Source: Harriotta raleighana
Lineage: Eukaryota
Length of the DNA stretch: 64,000 nt
Direction: 5' to 3'
Assembly (NCBI GenBank): GCA_050575255.1
Contig: JBNZDD010013675.1
Span: 4,866,405-4,930,404, forward strand
Part shown: piece by piece, positions 12,081-25,449 of the stretch
How the letters are laid out: each line of letters starts with the position of its first letter
How positions within the stretch are numbered: position 1 is the first letter of the stretch
Program-made: the position numbers and the translations under genes
The notes under the pieces: model-generated
The model's database searches: none
Seen by the model: the letters and a program-made list of their open reading frames with translations, nothing else
What the model was told of the DNA's origin: nothing

Positions 12081-14823
12081 GAGGTGATTGAACAATTTAA
12101 CTGATGGTTTGTTGGCCATGACACCAGGAGAAACTACCTTCTCTTTTCTGTCAGCACCAAGTGTTTATCTCCACCCCAGGCTTCAATGGAGAGTCAGCTT
12201 GGACTGTAAGCTCAAGTACTCACATGGGTCATAAACCCTTCTGATTCCAGGGCAAGACCACTCCCAATTTAGCCACCTGTCTTAAATCTTGTCACGCTCT
12301 GTATGAGAGTTAATCCATGACTTCAGGCTATGATGTGACAAGCAGGGCAGTGCTCGCGAGCTCCCATCTGTGCAGCAGGTTAATTGGAGCTGTTGCTCTG
12401 AGCTGAGCAAACTTAGGAAAGTGTAAAAGGCAAAGTTGTATTTCAGAGAGTGAAGTTTTCGGGAAGGCAATTTCTGATTCTCAGTGGATTCTCATCTTTT
12501 TTTGGGTGGGGTGGTGGGGGGTGCGGGTAGAATACACAATATGATCCTGTATTTATTGCAAACAATTTGCATCCATATAGCGCCCTTTACATGGGGCTGC
12601 GTCTCAGAGTACTTAATACCCACCCCAGAGACCCCATGACGCATGATCACAACATTTAAGTTGGTCCCATTCTAGCATTTAATATTTCTCCTGGCCTCCC
12701 CTACACCCCTCCCCTACCCCCACCCACGTCCCCCACAAACATACACACTCCCCGAACTATTACCTAAAACCTAAAATTCCACCAAATTGTAACCTGTAAA
12801 ACTACTGACTTAATTTGAAAGCCAGTTTTCCACAGTACTCGAAATGAACCAGCTTCCGAATTTAATCCTGCTCAATCTTAAATTACGGGATAAGACCATA
12901 TGAAATGTCAGCCTGCCTGTTCATTTTTTTTTACCACAGGATTTTACTTTTGAAGTGCAGTGATAGTTTTAATAAGGATTCTTGCATTTGATATAGTGTC
13001 ACATTAGGTCATTGAGGTGTCTCAAAGCACTTCACAGAATATATAATAAAGTGGATTGACTATGTACTTTTTGTGCGAAACCCAATGCCCAATTGCGCAC
13101 AACAGTGTCCCTCAAATAGTTGTTTGTTTTTGAAGTGTTGTTTTGTTGGCGAATGCAGCAGCCAAATTTTACACACAGCCACTTCACACGTGAAGTGAAT
13201 GACAAATTTCCTTTTGGGAGGGGGGATTCATGGCGTGGGTAATGAGAGAAAATGGCTTCATGTTTTGGGTAGTGCTGTGGGATGTGTTTAGTTGTTATTA
13301 ATTGTTATTTAGTTGTTGTGGAGCTCCTGTGGCTCAGTGGTTAGAGCATTCGCCTTACAAGCTTGAGACCTGTGTTCGAATCCAAGCAGATCAGGGCGAA
13401 ACCTTGGGCAAGTTTCCTTACTCCACATACCTAATAACAATAATCCCTCCANGAGGTGATTGAACAATTTAACTGATGGTTTGTTGGCCATGACACCAGG
13501 AGAAACTACCTTCTCTTTTCTGTCAGCACCAAGTGTTTATCTCCACCCCAGGCTTCAATGGAGAGTCAGCTTGGACTGTAAGCTCAAGTACTCACATGGG
13601 TCATAAACCCTTCTGATTCCAGGGCAAGACCACTCCCAATTTAGCCACCTGTCTTAAATCTTGTCACGCTCTGTATGAGAGTTAATCCATGACTTCAGGC
13701 TATGATGTGACAAGCAGGGCAGTGCTCGCGAGCTCCCATCTGTGCAGCAGGTTAATTGGAGCTGTTGCTCTGAGCTGAGCAAACTTAGGAAAGTGTAAAA
13801 GGCAAAGTTGTATTTCAGAGAGTGAAGTTTTCGGGAAGGCAATTTCTGATTCTCAGTGGATTCTCATCTTTTTTTGGGTGGGGTGGTGGGGGGTGCGGGT
13901 AGAATACACAATATGATCCTGTATTTATTGCAAACAATTTGCATCCATATAGCGCCCTTTACATGGGGCTGCGTCTCAGAGTACTTAATACCCACCCCAG
14001 AGACCCCATGACGCATGATCACAACATTTAAGTTGGTCCCATTCTAGCATTTAATATTTCTCCTGGCCTCCCCTACACCCCTCCCCTACCCCCACCCACG
14101 TCCCCCACAAACATACACACTCCCCGAACTATTACCTAAAACCTAAAATTCCACCAAATTGTAACCTGTAAAACTACTGACTTAATTTGAAAGCCAGTTT
14201 TCCACAGTACTCGAAATGAACCAGCTTCCGAATTTAATCCTGCTCAATCTTAAATTACGGGATAAGACCATATGAAATGTCAGCCTGCCTGTTCATTTTT
14301 TTTTACCACAGGATTTTACTTTTGAAGTGCAGTGATAGTTTTAATAAGGATTCTTGCATTTGATATAGTGTCACATTAGGTCATTGAGGTGTCTCAAAGC
14401 ACTTCACAGAATATATAATAAAGTGGATTGACTATGTACTTTTTGTGCGAAACCCAATGCCCAATTGCGCACAACAGTGTCCCTCAAATAGTTGTTTGTT
14501 TTTGAAGTGTTGTTTTGTTGGCGAATGCAGCAGCCAAATTTTACACACAGCCACTTCACACGTGAAGTGAATGACAAATTTCCTTTTGGGAGGGGGGATT
14601 CATGGCGTGGGTAATGAGAGAAAATGGCTTCATGTTTTGGGTAGTGCTGTGGGATGTGTTTAGTTGTTATTAATTGTTATTTAGTTGTTGTGGAGCTCCT
14701 GTGGCTCAGTGGTTAGAGCATTCGCCTTACAAGCTTGAGACCTGTGTTCGAATCCAAGCAGATCAGGGCGAAACCTTGGGCAAGTTTCCTTACTCCACAT
14801 ACCTAATAACAATAATCCCTCCA
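12081..14823. repeat. Apparently identical 1371-bp tandem duplication around N13452 (probable assembly overlap)
   Basis: 12081-13451 equals 13453-14823; offset 1372 confirmed by the duplicated ORF 12282/13654. Confidence 0.93.
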
Positions 14824-15022
14824 AAAAAAACACAATAATAAAATTGGTCATTTCAATCCATGACTGTTTGTGGGACACTGCTGTGTGAAATTGGCTGCCT
14901 CGTTCCGCCCACCAATCTACAATCAATTCACTTTACAGTATATCCTGTGAAGCGCTTTGGGACGTGATAAGATATGAAAAGCGCTCTATCAAATGCAAGG
15001 ATTATTAAGGATTATTATTATT
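14692..15022 (+). mobile_element. tRNA-derived SINE, young-looking full copy
   Basis: ggagctcctgtggctcagtggttagagcattcgcc...gttcgaatcc head; (TTA)n tail. Confidence 0.9.
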
Positions 15023-15083
15023 CTTGTAGCCTGAGTGGACCCCAGGTTATGAGTGACTGACCCTCCTCTCTGCTCTTTTCTAG

Positions 15084-15272
15084 GTGAGGTGGTGGACCCG
15101 CTGGAGGTCCTCCACAGCTTGCGAAGCTACGTCAAGAACTTCTTCAGCTGCAGACAATGTGCAACACACTTCGAAGCCATGGCGGCAGAGTCCATGGAGG
15201 ACGTCCGCACCCTGGATGAAGCCATTCTGTGGTTGTGGTCCAGACACAACCAGGTCAACGACAGGCTGGCAG
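15084..15272 (+). CDS. QSOX1: QSOX1 coding exon (about exon 11; Erv FAD-binding domain, redox CxxC)
   Basis: ttctag| ... |gtgagg; FFSCRQCATHF (CRQC at 15149-15160) and LWLWSRHNQVNDRLAG (WxxHNxVN motif). Confidence 0.96.
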
Positions 15273-17471
15273 GTGAGGGGGTAGAAGTTGAGAGAAGCTA
15301 AATGTTGACTGTTCTCGCTGTATTGAATAAGATTGAACAATAATCCTTGCAACATCAGGACTTGGTATTACATAGTCTCAGTTGACACTCCAATACAGTG
15401 CTGGGGTGTGGTTGCATTGTTGGAGGCGGGATTCTTAGGATGAGACATTAAACCAAGGTCCGGTCTGCCTTCGAAAAGAGAGGGGAGTTTCACCAGGACC
15501 ATCCTGGCATAAACCATAAAGAGACAGATGCAGGGCTGGTATGGGGTTCAGTAACCGGGCCAGGGTAGTATCATTTAGCGATGTTACTGTTTAGTGAGAT
15601 AGGTGTGTTGCACTGGTGACATTTAAAAGCTGTGTTTTATTTAAAAGCTTCCTGGTCGGTCCATCCATTTTCTATGACCCATCGGGAGGCATGTCCATCT
15701 TCATTCAGTGCAACCGATTTACAAGTGCAAATGTAGCTCAAATACCGGGGAGGTAGTGTGGCAATGGCCCTGTGCTGCGTTACGCCTGGCTTTGACTCCC
15801 TGCTGATCCGATCACATAGCCCTGTCTTGTCTTGTCAACCTGTCCTGTTTAATTTGAAGGTTCTGAGTTCTGTCCTAATCCTTAATCGCTTTAATGCTGC
15901 AGTACCGGGCAGACAGATCTAACCATCTGCTCCTGACAATGCTCCAGAGATGCTATCACTCCCTGTTTCTGTACTGATTTTCCCCTTTATATAACTGAGG
16001 TCTAATTTGTGTCATTGTTTAATGGGAATTCTTCATAAGGAATCATCTCCCACACCCCCAACCCCTTTCAATTCTATATAGTCACCAACCCCTTCTCCCT
16101 GTTCATTGTTTAACCCCTGTCACTTACTATGTACTATTTCATGGCTGTTTTCAAAGATAGTTGTTCAAGACTTAGGAGAAAGCCACCCACCCTCTGAGCC
16201 ATGGTCTCTTTACATTTCACAAGTTTCAGAATTTGACAGGGACTTAAATACCATATAAACCATGAAAAATACTTCAAAATTGGGACTAAATTCAACAATG
16301 TGCTAAATTCTGAACGCTCTGAAATGCTACATAAAGAGGAGAATCTAGACCTGGGTAAAATTTCTCCCCATATTGTGTTGCAGACTTTTGCTTATTTCCC
16401 CAGGCAAACAGAGCAACCGAAACCATGCATGTGTGGATCTCTCATTTGATGGATTCCGAGACTCATAAGCATGATTTTGGATTTCCAGAGAACCATAGAA
16501 ATACCCCACAGAAGAACGTCATTTACCACCCTGTCTGTGCTGGGTCTTTTAAGAGCAGTCCTTTCAGTCCTATTTACCTGCTCGTTTTCCTCCCATACAC
16601 CTGTAACTTACTCCTTCAGTCTCAGTCAGACTGGCTGAACCAAAACAAAGTGTTTTCTTAATGTTTTGCTGGGATTTTTTTGTGAAGTCAAAAAATACAC
16701 CCTTGTGAAGTGGTTAGTGAGCTTGCCTTGTAAGAAGACCAGAGTCCAATTCCTTGGGGGGCAAAACCTTAAGCAAGTTTCTTTACTTCCTTACACACAC
16801 ACGCCTCTGTTACCTTCCAGTAAGTAGGAACCTGGTCATCAGTTGATTGGCAGATAACTTTCCAGGAACAATAATCCCTCAAAGAAAAAGGGGTCACTCA
16901 ATACATGATTGTTTGTAAGGCACTGCTATGTGCAGTTGGCTGTCCACAAAGTATACAGTTAATCCACTTTACAATATATATTTCTGTGAAGCTCTTTGAG
17001 ATATCTCAACGACATAAAGCGCTATATCAAATTCAGGGATTATTATATTTGTGGACACCTTCGGAGGGGGTTGGGGGGGGCTGGGGGCTGAATAGGGGTA
17101 AAAGAGAGCGAGAGAGATTGACGAGCGAGTGGGAGCTCCTAGGATTACTGAATTATTAATGAGGCAGGCAGCAGGTGGTCGCACGAAGCATTGCTAATCT
17201 CATGCAGTCATTGAGTGACCTTGTTCTTCGGGTCACAGTTGCTGGTGAATGCAGCACGTGGCAGTGTTTGGGGAGGGGGCTGCTTCTCAGGGGAGCATTT
17301 TTGACGTGTGGCGTTTAACACTGATCCTCCAGAGTCAATGAAGCGTGAAATCCATCATTTGTAAAGTGACATTACAATTAATTCTCTTTCTCTCCCTTTC
17401 CCCGCCCCTCTCCCTCGCCCCCTCCCTCCCACCCCCCAACACACGTCTCCTTTCCTCCACTCGCAAGACCC

Positions 17472-20400
17472 TATGACAGCAGTTGGGATCGTTCAAGGTC
17501 TGACTGTACCCTGAGGGAGCTGTTTGCAGTCCGTTCACTTTAGAAACCCAAAGAGAGTGGAGTTAGCCAAATTGAAACAGTCAGTGTGTGTTTACTCAAA
17601 GCCGTTCAACAGCATTGGTGTGTGTTAATTTTTTCGCAAAGAAAACAAAACACCACTTCCTTCCAACTGCAAGAAAGGTCTTCACCGGAACGTAATTTGC
17701 TTAATGAAATGTTGCAGGAAATTTATGCGCATCTTCCCTCCACCTAAGCCCTGAATGTGTTTTTGATGTTGAGTTCCTGAAAAGAAAACTGCTCTGAGGA
17801 TAGAGATGGAGAATGGTGAGGATCTTACAGGTCCAAGCCAAGATCACCCAGCTCACCTTGGAGCTGACATCCTAGCCACGGACAACAGGATTCTCTCTGA
17901 GGCACACACTCCCATCAGTGTTCCTGACTGCTTTTGTGGTATCACTCCAAAAGGCAGGTTACTCTATTGAAACCAATAGCTACAGAGGGATCTTGCTGAT
18001 TTCACTGGCTCTCAAAACGGTGCTTTGGGTAGTTACTATGTAATTTTATTGTTACTACAAGTGTATCAGGCACATCGGAGGCTTATAGTTTGATCAGTTA
18101 GAAGCAGGCTGGCTTCTGTTTTAGTGTGGAATGTGTGGAACAGGTTGAGGCTCTGATAAGCAGGATCCATTCCCTTCTGCATCCCATTCCAACAATCTAT
18201 CCCTGGAATTTCCATGTGTGAGTGGGATGCATGGAATTCTTAATTTGACATGATAATGGTTTCCGCATGTGTCAGCCACTCGGCTGATCAAAACATTTTT
18301 AATAAAATCCTCTTCTGACACCCAAGAGGAGTCTGAACACTTTATGCCCATATCCACCTCCACTGGCGGTTGCTACCACTGTAGGTTGTGGGACAAACAG
18401 CTTTTTTTTTAGGAACTCAACTTGAATAACACATTCAGGGCTTGGTGGGAGGGAAGATGCGCATAAATTTCCTGCAACATTTCATTAAACAAATTAAGTT
18501 CCGGTGAAGACCTTTCTTATTTATTTATTTATATATTATATTTATATAGCGCCTTTCACGTCAGGAGGACGTCCCAAGGCGCTGTACAGTCAAGTGGGGG
18601 GAGGGGTCGGGGGAAGAAAAGCAGGAAAAACTGACTGTATATTTGTGGGCGAAACGCGGCAGCCAAATTGCGCACAGCAGTGTCCCACAAACAGTCATGG
18701 AAGCGAGAGGGAAGGAAGAGGTGGTTGGTTTTCTTTGTGAAGTTTGTACCAGGTGCGGCCTGGTCACATTCACCAGGCCAGTGAGGATTCAGTCCAGCTC
18801 TGTCAGAGTCGGAGGTCAAGAGCCCTCGAAAGAAAGTGACAGTATTAATAATATTACTATTATTAATCCTTAGATTTCATACAACACTTTTTGCATTGGG
18901 ATATCTCAAAAGCGCTGCACAGGATGCACTGTCAAGCGCAGTGAATGTGTATTTTGTAGGCAAATGCATCAGCCAATTTGCGCAAAGCACATTGCACATC
19001 CCTCATACAGTCATGAAGTGAATGACCAATTTTATCTGGTGTATTGTGAGCTAGGACATTGGGAAAAACTCCCTTCCCTTATTAAATAGAGCTGTGGGAT
19101 CTTTATCATCCACCTGAACGGTTTAATGTTTATTGTCTCATCCGAGAGGTGTCTCTCACAATGCAAAACGGCCCCCAACANTATGACAGCAGTTGGGATC
19201 GTTCAAGGTCTGACTGTACCCTGAGGGAGCTGTTTGCAGTCCGTTCACTTTAGAAACCCAAAGAGAGTGGAGTTAGCCAAATTGAAACAGTCAGTGTGTG
19301 TTTACTCAAAGCCGTTCAACAGCATTGGTGTGTGTTAATTTTTTCGCAAAAGAAAACAAAACACCACTTCCTTCCAACTGCAAGAAAGGTCTTCACCGGA
19401 ACGTAATTTGCTTAATGAAATGTTGCAGGAAATTTATGCGCATCTTCCCTCCACCTAAGCCCTGAATGTGTTTTTGATGTTGAGTTCCTGAAAAGAAAAC
19501 TGCTCTGAGGATAGAGATGGAGAATGGTGAGGATCTTACAGGTCCAAGCCAAGATCACCCAGCTCACCTTGGAGCTGACATCCTAGCCACGGACAACAGG
19601 ATTCTCTCTGAGGCACACACTCCCATCAGTGTTCCTGACTGCTTTTGTGGTATCACTCCAAAAGGCAGGTTACTCTATTGAAACCAATAACTACAGAGGG
19701 ATCTTGCTGATTTCACTGGCTCTCAAAACAGTGCTTTGGGTAGTTACTATGTAATTTTATTGTTACTACAAGTGTATCAGGCACATCGGAGGCTTATAGT
19801 TTGATCAGTTAGAAGCAGGCTGGCTTCTGTTTTAGTGTGGAATGTGTGGAACAGGTTGAGGCTCTGATAAGCAGGATCCATTCCCTTCTGCATCCCATTC
19901 CAACAATCTATCCCTGGAATTTCCATGTGTGAGTGGGATGCATGGAATTCTTAATTTGACATGATAATGGTTTCCGCATGTGTCAGCCACTCGGCTGATC
20001 AAAACATTTTTAATAAAATCCTCTTCTGACACCCAAGAGGAGTCTGAACACTTTATGCCCATATCCACCTCCACTGGCGGTTGCTACCACTGTAGGTTGT
20101 GGGACAAACAGCTTTTTTTTTAGGAACTCAACTTCAATAACACATTCAGGGCTTGGTGGGAGGGAAGATGCGCATAAATTTCCTGCAACATTTCATTAAA
20201 CAAATTAAGTTCCGGTGAAGACCTTTCTTATTTATTTATTTATATATTATATTTATATAGCGCCTTTCACGTCAGGAGGACGTCCCAAGGCGCTGTACAG
20301 TCAAGTGGGGGGAGGGGTCGGGGGAAGAAAAGCAGGAAAAACTGACTGTATATTTGTGGGCGAAACGCGGCAGCCAAATTGCGCACAGCAGTGTCCCACA

Positions 20401-20891
20401 AACAGTCATGGAAGCGAGAGGGAAGGAAGAGGTGGTTGGTTTTCTTTGTGAAGTTTGTACCAGGTGCGGCCTGGTCACATTCACCAGGCCAGTGAGGATT
20501 CAGTCCAGCTCTGTCAGAGTCGGAGGTCAAGAGCCCTCGAAAGAAAGTGACAGTATTAATAATATTACTATTATTAATCCTTAGATTTCATACAACACTT
20601 TTTGCATTGGGATATCTCAAAAGCGCTGCACAGGATGCACTGTCAAGCGCAGTGAATGTGTATTTTGTAGGCAAATGCATCAGCCAATTTGCGCAAAGCA
20701 CATTGCACATCCCTCATACAGTCATGAAGTGAATGACCAATTTTATCTGGTGTATTGTGAGCTAGGACATTGGGAAAAACTCCCTTCCCTTATTAAATAG
20801 AGCTGTGGGATCTTTATCATCCACCTGAACGGTTTAATGTTTATTGTCTCATCCGAGAGGTGTCTCTCACAATGCAAAACGGCCCCCAACA
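17472..20891. repeat. About 1.71-kb tandem duplication around N19181 (probable uncollapsed haplotypes)
   Basis: 17472-19180 versus 19182-20891; I see about 3 substitutions and one 1-bp indel. Confidence 0.92.
17634..18741. mobile_element. Long inverted-repeat element (foldback or non-autonomous DNA transposon-like)
   Basis: Left arm 17634-17791 is the reverse complement of 18398-18518 plus 18709-18741; the right arm is split by a SINE fragment. Confidence 0.7.
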
Positions 20892-23070
20892 CTGCATTGG
20901 AGCATCAGTCTTGACCAGGAGTCGCCAATTAGTCGATCACAGCTAGGTGGCGATCTTATGCATAATCAAAAAGACAAGAGGAAGGAGCGACAGAACCGTG
21001 TTGTTATCGAGTCCAATAGAAAATGAAGCCAGGTGCATAAAGTATTTCATGCATCTCAAAATAAAAATAGAAATTCGAATTTTTAAACCGGTAAATACCA
21101 CCTTATGGTGTGTGCATGAGATGCCACATAGCACCAAACGACCGGTTAAAGACCCTTGGTATAGAACCATGAGCTCAAAGTCAACAAGCTGGGGTTTGAT
21201 CACACAGCGTTCTGCCTCTGAGGTGAGAGAGCTGCCAACAGAGACAGGTTGACTACTTCCAGAAGAGAGTGTGAACTTTATTCTGAATATGACCTGCCGA
21301 TGCAATGAAGACCTAAATAGTGGCGGGTGGGAGAGAGGGTGAGGAGGGGTGCATGGCTGATGAGGAATATCCCATAAACTGTCTTGTTTAAATTAATTAT
21401 GCAAATGCTTCTGTAGGGACAATTCTCCGGTGGTGTGTAAATTTTCGACCTCCAAACTATGGAGCTCCCAAGGTCGTTGAAATGTAACATTAATCATTCT
21501 TGAGTTTGATATAGCGCCTTATCACATTGTTGAGATGTCTCAAAACGCTTAATAAAATATACTGTAAAGTGAATTCAATGTATATTTTGTGGGCAAAACA
21601 TGGCAGCCAATCCCACACAGCAGTGTTCCACAAACAGTCATAATAATAAATAATAATAATCCTTGCATTTGATATAGCGCTTTTCACATCTTATCAACGT
21701 CCCAAAGCGCTTCACAGAATACACTGTAAAGTGAATTCACTGTATATATTTTTTGGATTAAATAACCAAATTATTATTTTTTTAAACAATGGTCTCCTGA
21801 CAACAATAGATTCCTGACTCTCAGACTCCAGCTACACTGCCCAACTTCCATTCCAGGGAGCACAACAGTTGGGGTGGGATTTCTGCTCCTTTTGATACCT
21901 CCCTGTTGAACGCATAGCCTTAAGGTTGTTAAAGAGTTGGCCAGGAATCAAGGGAGTGATATAAAATGCTCAGTGTCACGAAGGGTGTATTGGACCCTGG
22001 GGAGAAAGGAGCAGCTGTATCCTAGTGTCTTCATAAAGAGAAGGGGGCTGGATCGGGACACAGAACATCATGTGAGGCAGTAAATAGAAAAGGACCATAT
22101 ATCAAACGAGAGAATACACTCGAATGGTGGCTCCCACAGGGCACTGAATTTATTCATGAGCGTCAGCGAGATTCATTTAGTTGTGAATAAAATAAAAATA
22201 AATTTGATGTGGTTTTAGGAGTGTGTGGTTAGCCTTGCAACAGCTCTGCTGGAGTTTTCTGCTCTTTGTTGGTTGCCCATGCCCCAGTAATCTCCTAATA
22301 ATCCGTGCGTTTGATACGGGGGCCTGTAAACCTCAAACTGTCTCAAAGTGCTTTGCGGGCAATGGCTATAAAGTGCAATGGCTGTGTATTTGGAGGCAAA
22401 CATGGCAGCCAGTTTGCACGCAGTGATGTCCCACAAAGAGACGTGAAATGACCTGTTTTATCTTAGGGATTGTTTGCCAGGACACTGGGAGAAACTCTCA
22501 CTTTTCAAACTGTCACAGGATCCTTAACGTCCACCTGAAGAGGCAAACAGGTTTATATTGTCGTCTAATATATATATATATATATTCACACAATATATTG
22601 TACAGTTAGCTGACTTTGTATTTTGTGCACAAAATGCTGCAGCCAATTGCACACAGCACTGTCCCACAAACACATGGGTTGAGTAACACACAAATTTTTT
22701 GGTGGGAGGGGAGACATTATTATCCCCGGAAAGCAATCTGAAGTGAAAGGCGCTTTATCAAATGCAAGGATTGCTATTTCTAACTGGGGTCCAATAGCCT
22801 AGTGATTAGAGCAAGCGAGAGGACCTTGGTTCGATTCCTGGTTGGGGTGAAATCTCAGATACGTTTTCTTTGTCATTAGTCCATTCTTACTTACATTCTC
22901 AAGAAGTAAAAGGCGCTCTATAATTGTAATCTTGTTGTTGTTGTTGCTGCTAGTTGATTGGCGGATCGCTTTAATAAATAATCCCTATTAAAAAATAGTG
23001 ATAATAATTTGGTCCCCGAACCATTACAGTACTAATTCAAACCCTGATGATTGCTCTTTTCTCTTCTCAG

Positions 23071-23891
23071 GATCATTGAGTGAGGATCCAAAATTCCCGA
23101 AGCACCAGTGGCCAAGTCCGGACCTTTGTGCCGAATGTCATGATGAGGTCTACGGGGAGCATGTCTGGATTGATGATGAGGTGCTGAAATTCCTGAAGAA
23201 GCATTATTCCGCGGACAACCTGGACTACAGTTATGTGGAGGCAGAGGCTGAGCTCCTGAAGAAGCACGTCACGAAAGAGGGGGCAGATTCTGAAGATCGA
23301 CCAAAAGAAGAGAAGCCCAGAAGAGGAGCAGAGCATGTGAAAGAAGAGTCGAATGCAAAGGAGAATGAAGGAAGGGTTGAAGCAGCAACTAGCATTCTTC
23401 AGCGGGACTCAGCAACAACTAGGAGATTGAGAAAGGACAGAACGCAAAGGCGGAGTATTATTGTGGGGAAACACAAGCCTAAAGCGCAAGAAGAGGACAT
23501 TGTGGATCTGGATGATTTCGTGGGGCAACAGTACAAGAGCAGTGCCCAGAGAGTGAGGGTCAGAGATGAGGAGACGATCCACATGGAGGTGCACAACCGC
23601 AAAGGGCAGCTACATCTGCAATCCGTGGATGACTCGGAGGCTGTCGATTACGTGGCCGTAGCGGAGAGGGTCAGGAAACGGGACATTAGGAGTGATTACT
23701 TTGAGGGTGAAGACCATACCAAGAGCAGGGTGTGGCTGCTGAAGTTTGGGACCGGGTTCTCCCGCATGGACATCAGTCTGTGCATTCTGCTCTACTTACT
23801 GACCTCCATTTGCCTCTTGGGAATGTATCTCTACTTCAAAAGGAGATTCTGGTGTGGGTGGAAGTGGGGAAACAGCATGACGCCAGCATGA
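23071..23891 (+). CDS. QSOX1: QSOX1 last coding exon (distal CxxC, stalk, C-terminal transmembrane helix)
   Basis: tctcag| acceptor; SEDPKFPKHQWPSPDLCAECH; TM segment DISLCILLYLLTSICLLGMYLYF; stop TGA at 23889-23891. Confidence 0.96.
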
Positions 23892-24719
23892 GGAGGAAGA
23901 ATGGAAACATCTCCCGACCTCCCCCCCACCCCCACCCTCGGGTGCAAGATGTGCAATTGGATTTTCCTCAGAGACTCAAAACAACTCAAAACTATGTACA
24001 CTGGGCAACCTTTCTACAGGTGGGAAGAAGAAGACGGCGGGGGTAGGGTTGGGGAGGAAGCCCCCAGTCTCGACAGATCCTTTGCCATGGAAATTTGGGT
24101 TCTTAAATAATTTTATTTTCTAAAATATATATATAATATATCCCTTTCCCACCAGCATTCCCACACCCACATAACCAAAAGAGCTGTCGTGGGAATGAGT
24201 GCTACATGTACAGTGTAGTCAGAATATTGTTGTAAGTGGTGTATGTTGGAGAGAACAGGGGTTTAGGGAGTTTGTACAGCTTTGAATTCCAAATTTCGAA
24301 CTCTGATAAGCCTGTTATTTCCCCCTTGTAACTCCCCCCTCCCACCCCCCACCCCGCCAACCCACCTCATAAAGCTGAAATGTGAAAGAAGACAGACACT
24401 CTCTCACAATAGTGTCCATGTTCTCCCACCAGGAACCCACCAGAGATGACTTAGTGTACATGGATTCTGAGCTGTTTGAAGCTGTAATTTTCTGGTGATT
24501 CTTGTGATTCTAAAGGTTAACATGGGTTCTGTGACCTCTCAATTTTTTTCCCTTCTCTTCCTTGCCTTCTGTTTGTACCCTGTCCACATAATCTCTGAAA
24601 CTGCAATGTGTCTGCTTTTGACTGGTCTGTGATTTTACGTTCCTCACATGTGCCAGTGTGTGAAGGCGAAACCCTGTAAATTAGCACAAAGTAGGCTGAA
24701 TGTAATATAGGTTTTTGAT

Positions 24720-24725
24720 AATAAA
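24720..24725 (+). terminator. Probable QSOX1 polyadenylation signal AATAAA
   Basis: AATAAA about 830 nt after the stop codon, at the end of a repeat-free 3'UTR-like tract. Confidence 0.6.
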
Positions 24726-25449
24726 AGCTGTCTGTAGCAAATGCATCTGGTCAGCCTCCACCAGAGTCCACTCCTGCTCCGCTGATTGTTCCATTGATTC
24801 CAACATTATAATAATAATAATAATAATAGTCCTTCTATTTAATATACAATACAAAATTACATTTGCCTGATCACATTATTGACACACCTCAAAGCGCTTT
24901 ACAGTTGAGTTTTGCCTTAGAGGTTAGAGCACTTGCCCCGTGTGTGAGAGAACCTGGATTGTGAGTTGAGTGCGCCAACCACCACACTATGGAACTCCAT
25001 ATACCTTTGCAATGATAAACACATTTTATTGCATTTTTGACCATTTTGTCTCAATATTGATCCCTTGATAAGGAGTAGTGTGATCTCTGTATTTCCATTG
25101 CAGTGAGAGATGGGGGTTGGGAATTGGGAAGAACATGGGTTGAACTGCTTCATTGTGACTAATTTTTCTCCAACTGCAAATTTGTCTTAAAAAATACAAA
25201 AGTTTTATATTGTGCAATATATAACATACCGTCTATAATAAATTGGATGTAATAATAATCCTTGCATTTGATATAGCACCTCAACAGACCTTTGAGATCT
25301 CAAAGCGCTTCACAGGATATAGTGTAAAGTGTAGTGACTGTGTTGTTGATGATGTAGTTAGTATACTGTTTGAGCTAAACCTAGATTAAATATGGTACAG
25401 AAAGTTTGCCTTAAAGTAACCAGTCACTACAATATGTGTATTCCAAGTG

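Noticed and set aside
14692-14765. tRNA-like sequence with A and B boxes (and similar heads elsewhere)
   Set aside because: Each continues into the same SINE body and (TTA)n tail, so these are SINE heads rather than tRNA genes
18121-18363. 80-aa minus-strand ORF inside the inverted-repeat element, with a faint chromodomain-like SWVSEED
   Set aside because: Too short, no other supporting motifs, and its second copy comes from the probable assembly duplication
937-23891. Assignment as QSOX2 with LHX3
   Set aside because: Exon 5 and the TM-proximal sequence resemble QSOX1, and exon 1 (MMQSA...) plus most diagnostic LIM1 residues are LHX4-type
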